Source: Lingula anatina (Eukaryota > Animalia > Brachiopoda). Taken from it: a stretch of 64,000 nucleotides of DNA. The notes beneath the pieces were generated by a model. The model saw only the letters and a program-made list of their open reading frames with translations, had not been told where the DNA came from and searched no databases. This document shows, one piece after another, positions 60,187 through 64,000 of this stretch. The translations under genes and the position numbers were made by a program. How positions within the stretch are numbered: the stretch's first letter is position 1; every line of letters starts with the position of its first letter. The stretch covers positions 36,090,401 to 36,154,400 of the forward strand of contig CM120641.1 of assembly GCA_051362555.1 (NCBI GenBank), in the 5' to 3' direction.

Positions 60187-62982
60187 TCATGGTACTGCGA
60201 TAGAAGCCGGCGCCAGCTGGTCACACTCTTCCCTTGTCTTCAAGGCATGCCAACTAGCGACGGTAGAGCGGTGAGACTGGATCATCCGGTTCCAATGCAT
60301 CACCTGTTCTGGGCCAGATGCATGTTTGCCTATGACGACCCTGCCTACAAAATCATCCTTACTCTTGGAGTTATAGTCCCAAACCGAAACGACCAGGTTT
60401 GTGTTCTCTAGCTGTTGGGGTGTCACGTTGAAGCTGAAACTCTCGTTGAAAACAGGATCTATAGTGTTTTTCTTGACAGTTGTTTTCTTCGTTTTAATTA
60501 GCTTGTCGTAATGCAGTAAGCTGATTTTCACGAACGGATCTGAAAATAGGGTATTAGTGCAGCAATGTGAAGCTAAAGAGTACAGCAATTGTGTAACTCC
60601 TGCAACTCCCAATGACACAAGATTGATTAGTTAGTGAACATTTCATTTTCCTTCATTGGATGACGGTGTCATGAAGACAGCATGTTATTCAATCAAATAT
60701 GTCAGAAATAATGTTATTACCTACGTTTCCAGTTCACCACACAATACAGTCTGATTAATTTTGAATGAAACAGCGAAGGTACTCTAAAGATACGACTAAA
60801 ACCTCATTCCAATAAATCGAAACCATACCTGAACCTCCGACGAGATCAGTCTGTATAAGTTGTTTGGCTTTAATTATATCCACGTTCAGTCTGCCAGCAC
60901 TTGGTAGATACGTTAGAGAAATAAGAATTTCTCCTAGTTCCAAGTGTTCCTGCAAATGGAAACATATATTATAGAGTGGCTAATACATGTATAGCCTATA
61001 CATATACATATAGTGATACCGTTCTTATTAGCTTCATATTTAGGGAAATTAAAGAACAATTGCCAATCAATTGTGCAGAGTGTTATCTAACTTTTTAAAA
61101 ACATTCCAATATAATAGTTTAATTCAGAAAACGGGTCCCTGCTATGTTTTCATTCTCTCTTTCATATTTTCCCACTTACCCACTTCCCAAGCTAAAGTCA
61201 AGATACTTTTTTAAAATTACTTAGTACTTCTAGGCCTTTTTGACCACTGTCTACATTAACAATTTTTTCTACTGGCAGTCGTGAGAGTCTTTTCTTCGCT
61301 TTTTGGAAAGGGGCGCCTTGACTGAATCCGCCATTTCCTTTTGAAAAAACTACTCAGTCCACCCCCGCATCTGCTAATGATTTATCCCTGGCATTCAATG
61401 TTATAAAATCGGAAAATTAACGTTTTCTAGTCTTAATCGATTTCCTGGAAATGGGTTCTGACTCTTAAAAGAAAACAGATTACACAACTTGTTATTATAT
61501 GCCTAATGTATCATTACTTTAATTTGGCCTTTTATACACGTCAATGTTAGGTTGTCAGAAACGTCTGAACTTGGACAATATTTCATTTTTACGGTAAAAT
61601 TGCCAATACCCAGGATGGAATAGGCCTATTTCTGAATAAAGTGGATTCAATACCGCTGTTTCGCTTAATGACCAAGTCATCTAATCACAGTAAACATAAT
61701 GCAAAAGGGATGGAGGGGGAGCAAAAATCAATCCAGCTTTTGCCTCTGCTGCAAAGGTAATAAATAACCTTGCAGTATGAGATATTTTACAGTTTGAATT
61801 TCAAGGTCTTTGCATTTTTGCTTTTTTTTTTTTTTTTTTGGTAAGGGCACTTTTGTCTACCAAAAGGCATGGAGCGCCCTTGATCTGCTTTCAAGAGGGA
61901 TACAGTTTTGAGGTGCATTCCTCCATAAGATATAAGGAAAAAGATTTCGCAAAATAATTTGGCCCTTAATATAAGGAAATATTGAAATAAGCAAAATGAT
62001 ACGAGTCTTACAAGCGTGATATAGGTGTACGCACCTTAGGCCCAGGCACCAAGGGTTTCCACATGTGAAGGCCTTTCACGAGATTTGTGTTACACAGGGG
62101 CAGTTGCATTTGACCCACAATACAGTGACGTGAATATTTATCAAAATCTTTTAACAGGATCTGTAGCGTCCTGTTCTGGAGTTCTTTGTATGGAATTTCA
62201 AACGAGAATACTTCTTCCCACACTGGATTCTGGGTTTTCCTTTGCACGGACGACTGTTGGGAGTTCTTTGTGTCTGGCAGCAAACAGATTTTGCAATACG
62301 GATTAGAACGCGCCATGTCGATTTTGGATTCGTCCAAAAAGTATGGCGGGGGCAATTCCTTGGCTTCTATGAGTTTCACCATGAGGGTGTTTGTGGGTAT
62401 TTCATACTGTAGGCTAAAGCGAATCTGTCCTAATTGAAACCGAGTGAGTTTCTCTTCATCTGTTAAACTTTCTTCGCTCTGGTTTTCAACGACTTCGTAA
62501 AGATCTTTATTGAAGCTCTCCATAAATTCACTAGTGCTGGGCATTTTAGTTCGAGGAGAGCGGGGCTGGACATTTTCTCTGGCTGCCCAGAATTCTATAG
62601 GTTTCATCTCAATCACAGGCGTAACACTGGACCTCCTTGGCACAGAGTACTCTGAACCATACCCAGAGCTTGACGAATCATGCCGAGATTTACTCGAACT
62701 CACAGATTCCGTCCGGAATTTGTCCCTCTCCCTTTCCTTTTCCCTTTCCCTTTCCAATTCTATCCCGACTCGTTCTCTTAGACTGCCGAGGCTCCCCGTG
62801 CTGTCTTCATCATTACTGTCTTCGGATAGTGATTTTGAAATGGGTCTTCTGACGGTGACGTACTGGATGTCCTGTTTGGTAACTTTGACGTTGGGGGTCT
62901 GTGGGAGACAGCAGTCGCAGCAGCGTTCACACCAGTCGCATCCTGAGACAAATTTAAGCATCTTCTTGATGTAACCATCGTT
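60187..62982 (-). CDS. SYT17: Synaptotagmin-17-like (tandem C2, N-terminal Cys cluster, no transmembrane segment); 5' exon possibly upstream
   Basis: Exons 62035-62982, 60829-60949 and 60187-60539. GCDWCERCCDCC cluster; C2A SNPYCKICLLPD...DFDKYSRHC; C2B SDPFVKI...WDYNSKSKDDFVG; C-terminus WHALKTREECDQLAPASI resembles SYT17. Confidence 0.85.
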
Positions 62983-63721
62983 CTAAAAAAGGGTACAAAA
63001 AATCAAATCAATTAAATGATAATTTAAGTTATCAAAATTTTAGCAGGAAAAGAATCAGAAACAATCCTTTGAAGAAACTGTCATTTTGGATAAAAGTGAC
63101 AATGAAAGAGAACATATATATTATTTACTACCTGGTATATGTTACAACATTTAAGAAAACTATTGTTCTGAATCAGTCTTTGGAACATCAACATTGACAC
63201 TAAAAGGGAATAGATTTGTTATTTGCCACCTGGTACATGTGTATATGAAACCTAACTTAACAAAACCATAGTTCTGAAACAACCCTTGGAACAACAGCAT
63301 TAGCTGTAAATTGTTGGAATAATAAAATTGCCATTTGATACGAGACAGCTTTACTCTTAACAAGCTATTGCCATGGAAAATTAAATGCCAAGTAATGCAT
63401 TTAGAACAATATACTGTTTATACAAGAAATATCCTTTGCTGAACAAAGTATACTGTTAATATAATGTACTGTTTATACAAGAAATATACTTTGTTGAACA
63501 AATTTAATTTTTAAAAATGACATTTGATAGCCCTGCTTTATAAACGATGTGACATGCACAAATTGCACAGAATGCATCCTGCTGACCTAATCGAGTTTAC
63601 GACAGTGCTCTGCTGCAGTTAAGGGAAAGTTTCACTTTTTTAGAATTGTAATAAGTCAAAAATGTCAATAAATTTTATCACCATGCAGGCAGGGTATTTT
63701 CATGGGTAAATGAAGGGAAGC

Positions 63722-63722
<1 letters not shown>

Positions 63723-63755
<33 letters not shown>
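63723..63755. repeat. (CT)n microsatellite
   Basis: Direct reading. Confidence 0.9.
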
Positions 63756-63758
<3 letters not shown>

Positions 63759-64000
63759 AGGTTTTGGAAATTTGTACGAGTGCATTTAACGTGGACCATT
63801 TATATATTAAAACTTTGCTTGGGGTCGGATCGATACTGTTTACTTAATTAGCCTCGTCAAATAATTGACATATTCGGAAACAAAGCCCCGAGTGCCTCCT
63901 AGACGCGTATCACGAATCCAATCAAATTCAGTGCAGGCAGATATAGGTTCAATGAAAAAATGATAAAAGAGTCATTGATACGATGTAAAGCATTACTGAG

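Overview
AT-rich, intron-rich animal genomic DNA, probably a marine invertebrate or lophotrochozoan (inferred from gene content and repeat types; species not determinable). Gene order: (+) 3' part of a divergent TPC-like cation channel with a C-terminal SH3 domain (12 in-frame exons, 3806-8724); (-) an M3/oligopeptidase-A-like gene that has lost HEXXH (~9456-24121); (+) G-alpha 12/13; (-) UBE2O; (-) two tandem, intronless, secreted peroxidase-catalase-superfamily heme peroxidases, one with a Tyr/Phe/Arg-rich insertion and a furin-type site; (-) SYT17. Introns and promoters carry many non-autonomous transposons: Helentron-like HINEs, a 5'-truncated RTE LINE, a Kolobok/T2-like MITE pair, TA-flanked MITEs and short foldbacks. 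Exon models were read by hand from GT-AG sites and frame continuity. Family assignments come from motif recognition only, with no database search.
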